From: Phycisphaerae bacterium
GTDB taxonomy: Bacteria; Planctomycetota; Phycisphaerae; UBA1845; Fen-1342
Length of the DNA stretch: 64,000 bases
NCBI GenBank assembly: GCA_963675745.2
Contig: CAXXWX010000026.1
Coordinates: forward strand, 96,001 to 160,000
Direction: 5' to 3'
Of the stretch, positions 54,184 through 64,000 are shown piece by piece. Position numbers and translations under genes: made by a program. The notes beneath the pieces were generated by a model. The model had not been told where the DNA came from and did no database searches. It saw only the letters and a program-made list of their open reading frames with translations. Within the stretch, counting starts at the first letter, position 1; every line of letters starts with the position of its first letter.

Positions 54184-54675
54184 CTAGTCGATTGCCGGCT
54201 CGAGCGGCTCACCACCGTCCGGCGTTGCCCAGGCCGGCGGCTCGTCGTCCGGCCCGGTTGTCTCGTGGTTCTGGAGATCCAGGGTCGCGACAATGCGGGA
54301 AGTGTCGCGCTGCACGAACCACACCTTCTGTCCCGTCTCGTCCCGGCGCGCCTCCACATTCTCAAATCGACATTGTCCGCGCGGAACGCCAAACTTGAGC
54401 TCAACTGTCTTCACAGCCTGCTCGAAACGGAGTTGCTGGCGCGGCCTGACCACCACGCGAAGTTGTTCGCACTCGCGATCCGGTTCTCCAGCCTCATGTT
54501 CCTGCAGTCGGTCGCAGGTCAGTTCAATCTCGCGGCACTCGTCGAGTCCCGCGCTGCACAATGTCTGCATGCGGACTCGCGTGGACGAAGTCCGCGACGA
54601 TGAGCAGCCGACACTTACGACTACCAATGCCGCTACCAGCCCAACCTTGCCGTACCAAGCCATAAGCTGAATCAT
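54184..54675 (-). CDS. Hypothetical lipoprotein
   Basis: Hydrophobic stretch ending VSVGC then SSS; GGGAG RBS. Confidence 0.65.
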   Translation of the reverse strand: MIQLMAWYGKVGLVAALVVVSVGCSSSRTSSTRVRMQTLCSAGLDECREIELTCDRLQEHEAGEPDRECEQLRVVVRPRQQLRFEQAVKTVELKFGVPRGQCRFENVEARRDETGQKVWFVQRDTSRIVATLDLQNHETTGPDDEPPAWATPDGGEPLEPAID

Positions 54676-54821
54676 TGTCTATCTCCCAGCCTGAGCACAC
54701 AATTACTCGAATACCACGCCGACGCCCCGTGTTTCGCGCGTCCGGCTCAGATCGGCAGCTCCGCCACACGCCGGCGATACGCCTCTACCCCGGTTGCAAA
54801 CAATGCCTGCGGTGAACATGG

Positions 54822-56654
54822 TCACCGCATTCGCCTGGCGGCAATCGAGCCGCTTGGGCGATGGACTACCGCCCCTGTCACGCGCCCGCTCTCGTCATAG
54901 CTGATCTCGATCTTCGAGCGCCCCTGGCCGATGATCTGCAAGAGAGTCGTGCTGTAGGGCGCCATCTCGCGCTCCGGCTCGCCGGGCACCTGCACGATCA
55001 ACTTGGGGCCGTCTCGCAATTCCACGTTGATAATGACGCCTTGGAATTCATACTGCCCGGCAATCGTGCGGAGGAACTCAGGGTTGTTACGCAGCGCTTC
55101 ATCAAACACACGGGCGAACACGATGTCGTCAATCCCGCGTCCTTCCACTTCGGGCTGAAGCTCGATCTCGACGCTTTCAATCTCGCCGAACATGCTGACC
55201 GGAAAGCGGACAGGCAGGTTGTCGAATTCTGCAACTTCGTGCTTCGTGAGGAAGATGTTGTATCTAACGTGCTCGAGTGGCGCGGCTGTCTCGCCATTGA
55301 AGATGACGCTCAGCGAACCCCCTTCGACCTTCACCGCTACACGGCCATACGCCGGGTGTTCGTACACACCGGCCAGGTCCTTAAGTTGATGCGTGGGCCC
55401 GGCGGCATGATCGCTACCGGCGTCAACCCGAGTCTGCGCGCCCGCTTCATCGCTACTCTCATCTGTTGAGGGCAAGACACGGGCTGTCCAATCATCGCCA
55501 AGGTCCAGCAACCTGTGGTAGACATGGTAGTTGAGCCAGAGTGGCAGCAACTGGTGCCCTCTGTTGCTCAGCACGACCACGCCAATGTTGTCGCGGGGCA
55601 TGATGCTCACCCATGACACAAAACCATCAATCCAGCCGCCATGGTGTACAAGGTAATGGCCGCGATACGGCCGAATGGTCCAGCCCAGGCCATAGGCCTC
55701 CATCGGCCCGGAGGCGTCCTCGGGTGTGTATCGAATGGGCATCTGCGGCGTGTGCATTTCCCTCAGGACGGCGGGCGAGACGAGTTGGCGACCGTCTATC
55801 CGACCCTGATTCAAATACAGTTTCAGCCACTCGGCCATCTCCTCGGCGCTGGAGATGATCCCGCCGGCGGGAGCGGCCACGGATCTTGTGGGGAAAGGCA
55901 CGACGGCCACCTCGCCGTGCTTCTTCTCGTACGGGATGGCGACGTCATCCAGCTCGCTGACGTGTCTGCCGCGAAACGTGCTGCGCTTCATGCCCAGCGG
56001 CTTGAAGACCCGCTCGGAGATGAACTCTTCCCAGGTCCCGCCGGCGACCTTTCCCACCAGGTACCCGGAAGTCATGTACATCAGGTTGTTGTACTGGTAA
56101 ACCTCGCGGAGCTCCGCCGTGGGTTCCAGATACCTCAAACGCCGGTAGATCTCCTCTCGGCTGAAGGGCGTGGCGGCTATCATCATGTAGTGGCCGGGAA
56201 GGCCGCTGCGGTGCGCGAGCAGGTCGCGCGGCGTGGCGTGCAGCGTGGCATACTCGGCGTACAGGCGGAAATCCGGAAGATACTCGACCACCGGCGTGTC
56301 CCAGTCCAGCTTGCCCTCATCGACGAGCATTCCGACCGACAGCGCGGTGAACGGCTTTGAGACGGAGCCTATCGCGAAGAGTGTCTGGGGCGTAACCGGC
56401 AGGCCTTTCTCGACATCTCTGACGCCGAATCCCTCCGTGTAGATGACCTCGCCGTCTCTGACGACGGCCACAGCCATTCCCGGCACCTCCCACTGGTCCA
56501 TCAACTTCTCGACATGCTTGTCAAACCCGTCGAATGCCCCAGGCAGAGCAGGCGCCGGCCCGGGGCGATCCTGGGCCTCACCAGTAACCGCGCTCGCGAT
56601 GGACAGGCATACCGCGACCAGGCAAACAACCAGCGGCATTCGTCGCATGCACAT
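54822..56654 (-). CDS. Secreted serine hydrolase (beta-lactamase class C/PBP-like) with DUF3471-like domain
   Basis: FAIGSVSK (SxxK), LLAHRSG, YQYNN (YxN), HHGG, GVYEHPAYG. Confidence 0.9.
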   Translation of the reverse strand: MCMRRMPLVVCLVAVCLSIASAVTGEAQDRPGPAPALPGAFDGFDKHVEKLMDQWEVPGMAVAVVRDGEVIYTEGFGVRDVEKGLPVTPQTLFAIGSVSKPFTALSVGMLVDEGKLDWDTPVVEYLPDFRLYAEYATLHATPRDLLAHRSGLPGHYMMIAATPFSREEIYRRLRYLEPTAELREVYQYNNLMYMTSGYLVGKVAGGTWEEFISERVFKPLGMKRSTFRGRHVSELDDVAIPYEKKHGEVAVVPFPTRSVAAPAGGIISSAEEMAEWLKLYLNQGRIDGRQLVSPAVLREMHTPQMPIRYTPEDASGPMEAYGLGWTIRPYRGHYLVHHGGWIDGFVSWVSIMPRDNIGVVVLSNRGHQLLPLWLNYHVYHRLLDLGDDWTARVLPSTDESSDEAGAQTRVDAGSDHAAGPTHQLKDLAGVYEHPAYGRVAVKVEGGSLSVIFNGETAAPLEHVRYNIFLTKHEVAEFDNLPVRFPVSMFGEIESVEIELQPEVEGRGIDDIVFARVFDEALRNNPEFLRTIAGQYEFQGVIINVELRDGPKLIVQVPGEPEREMAPYSTTLLQIIGQGRSKIEISYDESGRVTGAVVHRPSGSIAARRMR

Positions 56655-56702
56655 CTCGTACTCCTTATGTCTGCGCTCGTATCCGGCCTGAACGCCCCGG
56701 CC

Positions 56703-57668
56703 TCAACCGGGATGACGCCCTCTGCGTCGGCGACGCCATCCGAAGAAGTGGCCGAGGTTCTCCAGCTCCTCTTCTGCAATCACATATGCGATCTTGATCG
56801 CACGGCGGTCCATACGTGCCTCTGGCCCCAGACTGTCCCAAACGCGCGGCGACAGCAGTATCGGCTTGCGTTGTCCACGTGTTCCCAGCAATTCTGAGCC
56901 ACGAGTCACGACGCGGGTCTTGATGCAATACCGGTCGGCCGGAAACAGGACCGAGAGATCCGCGGCGATGTTGCTCGCCATCGGGTCATCGAACTCGCAG
57001 AGCGTCAAAGTCAGGCGCTTGCCGGAAGGGACAATGGTGCGGCGATCTGATGGGAGCTGCGGGTCCGGGTGAATCGCCACGAACCGAATCTCCTGCAAGC
57101 GGTGCGGCCATCGGCGTCGCACTTCGTTGTGATGAAAATACGTTGCCACGATCGGCCCGGGTGGCGGTTCACCCGAACGCGACAAGCACCACGGCCTGGC
57201 TTCCACGTCCCAGTGTTCCTCGATTTCGCGAACGTGGTCGTCGCACTGCGTCTCACTGCACTCAACGACGTGAACAACGCCGGATGTGCCGGCGTGCGCC
57301 GGCGACCAGTTGGCAAGCAAGCGCACGAGATCGTGCCGCTCAAGGCCGTGCTGCGCGCGTCCTTCGCTGAGAATGCGTTCCAGAAAGGCATCCAGCGCGC
57401 TATGCGTCCTGCGGCGTGCCGCGCGGCCCGGCGTGCCGCACACACGCGTTCCCTTTGACCCTCGGATTTCCACCAGGCCGCGCTCCGCCAGCTCCGCGTA
57501 GGCCCGCCGCACCGTGTGCATGTTCACATCCCAGGCCTTGGCAGCGTCGCGTACGGCGGGGAGTCGGTGTCCCGGAGGAATCCGCCCGGTGGCGACCTGA
57601 TAGCTCAGCGCCTCCGCGATCTGGTGATACAGGGGCACCGGGCTGTTGGGGTCCAAGCTCAGCTTCAT
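56703..57668 (-). CDS. GntR family (YtrA-like) transcriptional regulator with extended C-terminus
   Basis: PVPLYHQI..GHRLPAVRDAA..VNMHTVRRAYAELAERGLVEIRGSKGT. Confidence 0.88.
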   Translation of the reverse strand: MKLSLDPNSPVPLYHQIAEALSYQVATGRIPPGHRLPAVRDAAKAWDVNMHTVRRAYAELAERGLVEIRGSKGTRVCGTPGRAARRRTHSALDAFLERILSEGRAQHGLERHDLVRLLANWSPAHAGTSGVVHVVECSETQCDDHVREIEEHWDVEARPWCLSRSGEPPPGPIVATYFHHNEVRRRWPHRLQEIRFVAIHPDPQLPSDRRTIVPSGKRLTLTLCEFDDPMASNIAADLSVLFPADRYCIKTRVVTRGSELLGTRGQRKPILLSPRVWDSLGPEARMDRRAIKIAYVIAEEELENLGHFFGWRRRRRGRHPG

Positions 57669-57694
57669 GAACGTATGATATAGAACATTAGAAC
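57669..57694 (-). promoter_or_regulatory. AT-rich putative promoter/operator abutting the GntR start
   Basis: GTTCTAATGTTCTATATCATACGTTC-ATG: GTTCTA direct repeat, AT-rich in a GC-rich context, no Shine-Dalgarno. Confidence 0.4.
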
Positions 57695-58035
57695 GATGAG
57701 CAAGCCCCGCCCCCAGCAATTCCCGCCCTTTCTCGCCGACGCTGAAGGCGGCCCGGCACTCGGCTTTGAGCTGCGGTGATCCACCGCCGCAGCAGCCCGC
57801 GACACTCTGCGGCGCATCTGCAAAGACGTGCCGCAGCGCGGATTCTTCGCGCTGCGGCCGTGACGCGGAAGTGGGATTCCCGGTTAACTGTGACAAGTGG
57901 TAGGATAGAGGATCAGGACGCGGGGCGAGCAGCACAGAGTCCGGTGCATATCCGCCACGCCGGGCGGTAGTGGCTGATGCGGCAATCCGCCACGCCGCGC
58001 CCGGCTTCCGGCGGGCTTCGCCCGCAAATGGCGGA

Positions 58036-60471
58036 CTACTGCGAACTCAGCAGGTTGACAAACGCATCGATATCGCCGTTGTTCACCCAGCCATCGTCAT
58101 TGATGTCGCCGAGCGCAATGTCGCAGCCCGGATACTCGTTGGCGTACTGCTCGGGGAATGACAGGGCGAGGACAAAGGCGTCGATATCACCGTTGTTGAC
58201 CCAGCCGTCGCAGTTCAGGTCACCCAGAGCCTGCTCCCCGCCCTCAACCACGACCAGCGTCACGGCGGATGTCCCGTAGTCAACGTTCCACTGAAGACCA
58301 GCGTCCAAGGTTGGCAGAGACAGCGTATCGAACTGACCAAAGCGGCTGCCGTAGGTCAGAATCGTGAAGCTGTCGCCCGGGCTGGGCTCGAAGCCGTTGA
58401 TCAGCTCGACCGTCAGCTCACCGCCCAGGCCGACCGCCGCACTGTGGTTGATCTGGTCGTGTTCGGTACCCGCGGTCAGGCCCGCGATCTCGATGATGAG
58501 CTCGCCGGCGTAGTCGACGCTCCCGCGGCTCACGGCGGTGGGGCCGGCATATCCAGGGGCATCGGTGCCGGAGACAGTCACGTGGTCCAGCGTGCCAAGC
58601 CCCGTGACGTATCCGGTCAACTCGATCTGTTCGCCGGCGGAATTCCCGATGATGGAGCCGTCATTGAGCAGCGATTTCGTCGGATCGTTGGGCGTGTCGA
58701 TGACACCGAAGCCGGAGGCGTGCAGGCTTGACGTAATGCCAAAGCCGCCCGGCACGGTCAGCGTACCGCCAGCGATGTTCGTGGAGCCGTAGACGAAAAG
58801 CAGCCCTTGCTTGTTCAGAGTCACATGGTGAGGACCAACGTCGAGCGTACCGCCGATCTGGACTCCGCTGCTATGGCCGATGTCGCCGACCACAAGATCG
58901 CCGGTGGCGGTGACTGAGCCGGTCGTCAGAAATTTGCCGTTGACTATGCCGAAATCGTGGAGGTTTGCATCCTGCAGGTTGAAGAGGTCGGCGTTGATCG
59001 TGCCGCCGCCGATAGTCAATGCGAGTACGTTCTGGACCGTGACCTCCTCGCCCACGGTGACTGTCGTGCCGGGTTGCAGCGACAGGGCGTGAATGTGACC
59101 GTCGCCGTGGCCACTGGCGCCGACCAGAAGCGATCCTGGCATGGACCAGCTCGAGCCAGCATCGTACAGAGCGACGGGTGTCGAGGCGTCGCCGATGATC
59201 GCCCCGTTCAGTGAGCCGCCGCCGGCAATGTCGAGCGGTCCGCCGGACAAATCCAGCGCCCCCGGGTCCAGCACGGTGACATCGCCCGTGATGTTGAGAT
59301 AGGCCGCATCGACCTGGCCGGCGCTGATCTCCATCGAGCCTGCGCAATCCACGGCGTCCGAGGTGATGAGCCCACCGTCGGCGGTAAGCTCAGCGCCGTC
59401 GAAGATGTTCAACGTGGTGCTGTCGAGCGTCCCGCCGGACACCGCGACATAACCGCCGTCCCTGATGTCCAGGTTGTTCATCTGAACCGCCCCATCGTAA
59501 ACGACGATCGCTCCGGGGTCCCAGACAGTTGTGTCCTGTGCCACCTGGAACTGGCCGGCGTAGATGGTGACGATCGCGCCTCCGCCTGCGCCGGCGTCGG
59601 TTCCGCCTACATACAGGTCTCCCTGGGTTTGCCAGTCAGCCGAGTAGATTGAACTGGGCATCAGATACACGTGAGCGGTGGCGCCCGGCTCCGACGCCAG
59701 GTAGCAGTCGCCGTTGTTGGCGAGCGTGCCATACACGTGAATGGTGCCGCTTCCGGCATCGCCGACCTGCAAAAGGCCGTTGTTTGTCCAGGTCCCCTTG
59801 ATTTCAGCCGTGCCGACCGCGCCGGCGACTACGCCCAACGTCGCTGAGCTGTTGATCAGCTCGGCCGTGTCGCGGATGTTCAACTCTCCAGTACCGGCGG
59901 ACCCGACTAAGGTGGGGTAGGCACTTGTCCACGTAACCGGCCCGGTGTCACTGCGTCCAAACTCGAGACGCCCGTCACTGCCGACGGTTTGACCGATGAC
60001 CAGCATTCCGTCCGCGTTGACGGTTCCCGGCGGCGCGCAGTGAGACTCCCATCCCCCGCTCAGGCTCAGAGCCGCCGGCACGCCGGGAGTGACTCCGATT
60101 ATCGCGGCAGTCCTCAGGAAGGTCCCCGAGCCGAGCAGCTCATACGTGACCGGTTCGTCGCACGGGTCCACTGTCTGCACGGCCATGAAAAACTCGACGC
60201 TGCCGGCGTTCACTTTCAGCAACTTGTTCGTAATGACCGGCTGCGCGAGATACAGGTCGAAGTAATCATCCTGATCGAAAACGGCAATGTCTGAACTTCC
60301 CGGTGGCCCGCCGCTCGGCGTCCAGTTTTGCGGTTGGCTGAACCAGGCTTCACCTTCGTATTGGCTCGGGCCGCAATAGTGGTATTCGTCCGCGTCCGCC
60401 GGTTGCAGGCACGCAACCGGAACCAGGCCCACGGCGACGAAGCGAAGCAGAAACGCTGCATTTGTCCTCAT
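58036..60471 (-). CDS. Secreted autotransporter-passenger-like beta-helix protein with C-terminal dockerin-like domain
   Basis: Signal peptide; VG..GTG.L.I repeats; IEIAG....DQI...LGGELTVELINGFEP..GDSFTIL; GDLNCDGWVNNGDIDAFV twice. Confidence 0.82.
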   Translation of the reverse strand: MRTNAAFLLRFVAVGLVPVACLQPADADEYHYCGPSQYEGEAWFSQPQNWTPSGGPPGSSDIAVFDQDDYFDLYLAQPVITNKLLKVNAGSVEFFMAVQTVDPCDEPVTYELLGSGTFLRTAAIIGVTPGVPAALSLSGGWESHCAPPGTVNADGMLVIGQTVGSDGRLEFGRSDTGPVTWTSAYPTLVGSAGTGELNIRDTAELINSSATLGVVAGAVGTAEIKGTWTNNGLLQVGDAGSGTIHVYGTLANNGDCYLASEPGATAHVYLMPSSIYSADWQTQGDLYVGGTDAGAGGGAIVTIYAGQFQVAQDTTVWDPGAIVVYDGAVQMNNLDIRDGGYVAVSGGTLDSTTLNIFDGAELTADGGLITSDAVDCAGSMEISAGQVDAAYLNITGDVTVLDPGALDLSGGPLDIAGGGSLNGAIIGDASTPVALYDAGSSWSMPGSLLVGASGHGDGHIHALSLQPGTTVTVGEEVTVQNVLALTIGGGTINADLFNLQDANLHDFGIVNGKFLTTGSVTATGDLVVGDIGHSSGVQIGGTLDVGPHHVTLNKQGLLFVYGSTNIAGGTLTVPGGFGITSSLHASGFGVIDTPNDPTKSLLNDGSIIGNSAGEQIELTGYVTGLGTLDHVTVSGTDAPGYAGPTAVSRGSVDYAGELIIEIAGLTAGTEHDQINHSAAVGLGGELTVELINGFEPSPGDSFTILTYGSRFGQFDTLSLPTLDAGLQWNVDYGTSAVTLVVVEGGEQALGDLNCDGWVNNGDIDAFVLALSFPEQYANEYPGCDIALGDINDDGWVNNGDIDAFVNLLSSQ

Positions 60472-60741
60472 GAACATCCCTTTCATTCTCCGGCCTCAGT
60501 TCTTCTTTCTTGCTGCCGCAATCAGGGCCAAAGCGGCCCTGTCCGGTTACACCCAAAGGCCAAGCTCCCTGGGGTCCACAAGAGAGTTCGAACGAGACGG
60601 CGAAATCGGCCGCCAGGAGGGGAATTGTTTTCCAAATTTGTGACCAGACCGGCCAAGGACCACGGCGCGTGCAGGATAACTCGATCGCGTTCGTGGCGGC
60701 GGAGAGTGTTGGGTCGGGCACAGGTAAGAAAGGTGCGCGGG

Positions 60742-61566
60742 CTAGGGCTCCGCGGCAGGTCGCGCGCCGGCCTGCATGAAACGCGGTCCTTCCTGATATA
60801 CGAGTGGCGCGACGTACTCCTTAATGAACCTCCGGTTTACGACGTCGGTGTGGCCCCCCGCATGACCGGCGCGTTCGAACTCCGGCACCCAGGCGATGTT
60901 TACGACCTTGGCGTACAGCCGGCGGGTCGTGGCGTTGGCGTTCAGCGGCAGACGAAAGCCTGTCACCCCGGCCGCTTTCCCGCCCACCAACTTCCGGTCG
61001 GCGGTACCTGCCAGCGGCATCAGGAATCGTAGAACCGTGTCCCGGCTTGACGTGAAAACGTACATCCTGTTTCGGACGCGCCTCAGGGCCCTGGTCAAGT
61101 CATAGTCAGCGTTCAATGAAGAACCAAGCAGAATGGCGTTGTCGACGGCGTGATCCGCACGCAGCTCTTCGAGCGCAAAGACCACGATGGCCGTGCCCGC
61201 GGACAAGCCCACAAGATTGACGGCCTCATCAGGATTCGCCTCCTGATACTCCCGAATCGCATGCGCCAACGCGCGTGCCTTTGCGCGTTTCACACCAACC
61301 GGCGTCACCTGGTCAACGGCCGCGCCGGCGCCCACCTGCCAACGGTAGTTGATGAAATCTCCCTGGAAGCCCGCCGCCTTCAGCCCGTCGCGCACGCCAT
61401 TGCCCCAGTTCGTCAACCCCCCACCGCCACCCGCACCGTCCACGTAATACACACGCCCGTCTCGCCCGGCGGGGCCAAACTCAACGGTGTGATGAAGCGT
61501 GCACCCGGCGGACAGAGCCAACACGCCCGGAATCAGCAAGGCAGATAACTCAGATCGTAGCCGCAT
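60742..61566 (-). CDS. Lipoprotein with alpha/beta-hydrolase fold
   Basis: Lipobox LSAGC; nucleophile elbow VGLSAG; SSRDTVL; GHTD. Confidence 0.75.
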   Translation of the reverse strand: MRLRSELSALLIPGVLALSAGCTLHHTVEFGPAGRDGRVYYVDGAGGGGGLTNWGNGVRDGLKAAGFQGDFINYRWQVGAGAAVDQVTPVGVKRAKARALAHAIREYQEANPDEAVNLVGLSAGTAIVVFALEELRADHAVDNAILLGSSLNADYDLTRALRRVRNRMYVFTSSRDTVLRFLMPLAGTADRKLVGGKAAGVTGFRLPLNANATTRRLYAKVVNIAWVPEFERAGHAGGHTDVVNRRFIKEYVAPLVYQEGPRFMQAGARPAAEP

Positions 61567-61676
61567 CCCTTAAGCTCCCGAGGCCATCACGACCAGCCGA
61601 CACACTATCTCGGCTGTGCAATGCACGACCACCCCGGCGGTGGAGGCGCCCTCAGAAATGCCCAAATGGGCCGAGC

Positions 61677-61898
61677 CTAGCCTCCAGTGGGCTTAGCCGT
61701 ACGCTTGCGGACTATTTTCCCGCCGACCAACACGCCGACCACAAACCCAATCGCCAGCGTGACAAACAGCAGCACGGCCCGCGGCATCTCCACGGTGACA
61801 AACAGCAGCCTGGTTTCGACGGACTGCGTGTTCTGCATGACCACGACAATGGCCAGGATCACGACGATGGCTATGGCAACGAGTTTCCAGTGTGACAT
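61677..61898 (-). CDS. LapA/DUF1049-like small membrane protein
   Basis: TM-QNTQSV..LF....P..TM and basic tail; GGAG RBS. Confidence 0.8.
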   Translation of the reverse strand: MSHWKLVAIAIVVILAIVVVMQNTQSVETRLLFVTVEMPRAVLLFVTLAIGFVVGVLVGGKIVRKRTAKPTGG

Positions 61899-61931
61899 GT
61901 CGATCGCTCCTGAGGCTCCATCCGCTCAAAG

Positions 61932-64000
61932 CTAGGCGTGTGAAGATTCCATGTCAACGGCAGACAGTCCGTGCCCCGGCCGGTTGCGATAGAGAAGCCA
62001 GTACGTGACGGGAATAACAAACAGCGTGAACACGGTTGACGCGCCGAGCCCGAAGATCAGCGCCCAGGCCAGGCCGGAGAATATCGGATCGATCACAATC
62101 GGGGCGGCGGACAACATCGCCGTCCCCACCGTGAGCAGAATGGGCCGCAGCCGCACTACGCAGCTTTCGATGATCGCATCGTAAGAGTGGACGCCCCTGG
62201 CGCAGCGACAGATGGATGAAATCGACGATGATAACCGCCTGTCGCGTCACGATGCCGGAGAGAGCGATCATCCCGATCATGGCGGTCGCGGTGAAGAACG
62301 TGGGGTCCGCATACGGGCCAACCTGCCCGCCGGTGAAGATGTTCAGCAGCCAGAAGCCGGGCATGATGCCAATCACAGTCAGCGGAATCGCGAGCATGAT
62401 GACGACCGGCAGCCCGAACGAGCCCGTCTGCGCCACGAGCAGGATATAGATGCCGACCAGCGCGGCCACGAACGCCAGCCCCAGGTCACGAAAGACATCG
62501 AGCGTGATCTGCCATTCGCCTTCGCCGGTGAAAATCACGTCGAATCCTTCCGGCAGCCACCAGCTCACGTCGCCGCCGTTGGCCAGATACGTGCGATTGC
62601 CCACCGGACGTGGAGTGCCTTCGATCCAGCCGTTCCCGATCGCCGATCCTCGCGTCTGGCTTTGAGCATCGGCCCGCACGCGGTCAGTCTGCACGTCCAG
62701 GACAACCTCGGCCGGCGTTCGTCCCGCCACTTCGGCAAACACGTAGACCAGGCGCTCCAGGTTCTTGTGGTAGATCGTCTTGTCGACGTGCGTCTGTTCC
62801 CAGTGGCCGATCTCGTTCAGCGGGACGAGATTGCCGCCCTGCCCCTTGACGTAAACGCGTCCGAGATCATCAACACTTGAACGCCGGGCCCGCGGGAGAC
62901 GCAGTTCGATCATGAGCGGGTGGCGTTCGAGCGGCACCTGCACCGTACCGGCGGACGCCCCTTGCAGCGCGATGCGCGTCGTCTGCGTGATGTCGGCCAC
63001 CGTCACACCATTCAGCGCGGCCTTCTCCTTGTCCGTCACGAAGACCAGCTTGGCGGCGTCGGCTTCAATGCTGATATCCACGTCGACAACGCCGGGCTCC
63101 TTCGTCAGCCGCGCTTGCACGACCCGCGCCGCCGCGATGAGGTCGTCATAGCGATTGTCGGGGCGGCCACGGACCTCAGCGACCAGGGTTGCGATCACCG
63201 GCGGCCCCGGCGGCGACTCGACAACCGACAGCACCGCCCCGTAACGCTGTGCGATCTCCGTCAACTCGTCGCGCACGCGCAGCCCGATCGCGTGGCTTTG
63301 TGTCGAGCGGTTCTTCTTGCCGACGAAATTGGCCCGGATGTCGGCGACCGCGGGCCCCTCGCGCAGGTAGTAGTGGCGGACGAGGCCGTTGAAATCCATG
63401 GGCGAGGCGAGGCCCACATACGACGTGAAATCCACGACTTCCGGTGTGCGCGCCAGGTACCCTTCAAATTCGCGCACCGCCGCATCGGCCCGTTCGAGTG
63501 TAATAGTCTCGTCAAAGTCGAGGACGAACTGGAGCTCGTTCTTGTTGTCAAAGGGCAGCATCTTCAGCGGGACGGCCCGCACGGCCGCCAGCGCGCCCGC
63601 TCCGACCAACAGCACCGCCATCGCGCCGAGCAACCCCCAGGCCAGACGGTTTGAACGCAGTAGCGCGCTCATCAGCGGAGAAAAAAGACGGTACAACACA
63701 CTCGCGCGAACGCTTGCGAGGTCATCCTCCTCGCCCGCGGCCGCGGCGGTGTCGGGCCCGGGAGCCGCCAAGCCGATCCGCCGTCTCAGGACGTGGAAGC
63801 ACAGCCAGGGTGTGATGGTGAACGCCACGACCATCGACATCACCATCGTGACCGGGACGTTGAGCGCCATTGGCGCCATGTATGGGCCCATCATGCCCGT
63901 GATGAAGAACAAGGGCAGGAACGAGACGATGACGGCCAGCGTCGCGGTGATCAAAGGCGGACGGATTTCGGCCACCGCCTCCAACACGATCTCACGCGTC
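61932..64000 (-). CDS. RND efflux permease (AcrB-like), 5'-truncated by the window edge; apparent +1 frameshift near 62183
   Basis: ATLAVIVSFLPLFFITGMMGPY, IMLAIPLTVIG, MIGMIALSGIV; YDAIIESCVVRLRPILLT in the shifted frame. Confidence 0.9.

Noticed and set aside
54822..56654. Beta-lactam resistance gene (ampC)
   Set aside because: SxxK/YxN motifs are shared by many peptidases and esterases; the size, HGG motif and DUF3471-like domain point to a generic serine hydrolase

Overview
GC-rich bacterial window. Dockerin-like C-termini, PEP-CTERM proteins and a TIGR02999/ECF43-type sigma factor with a Ser/Thr kinase suggest a planctomycete, probably Phycisphaerae (inference). It holds about 35 genes. 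Housekeeping and metabolic genes include glgX, gdh, tkt, an MFS transporter, a Ca/Na antiporter and an RND pump. Many large secreted modular proteins are also present. Three modules stand out. (1) 41.5-53.7 kb: an ECF43-type sigma factor followed by two paralogous signal-peptide-bearing TPR-CHAT (caspase/separase-like) proteases, each with a PDZ domain inserted inside CHAT, flanking a membrane Ser/Thr kinase. The kinase ectodomain shares an RG-x-E-[MV]-x-H motif with both protease tails. This is my best candidate for an undescribed protease-gated trans-envelope signalling system. (2) 24.4-31.6 kb: glutamate dehydrogenase plus two PEP-synthase-like ATP-grasp proteins (one with a nucleotidyltransferase domain) and a metallophosphoesterase. 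(3) 9.1-14.5 kb: a C39-like peptidase / RimK-RLAN / GCS2 / N-formylglutamate amidohydrolase operon. Smaller observations are an orphan dockerin half in frame behind a stop codon, a REP-like inverted doublet inside a CDS, an IS1380 remnant abutting a start codon, and four single-base frameshifts that look like assembly errors. I recognised no rRNA, tRNA or CRISPR array. All family assignments come from motif recognition by eye, not database searches.
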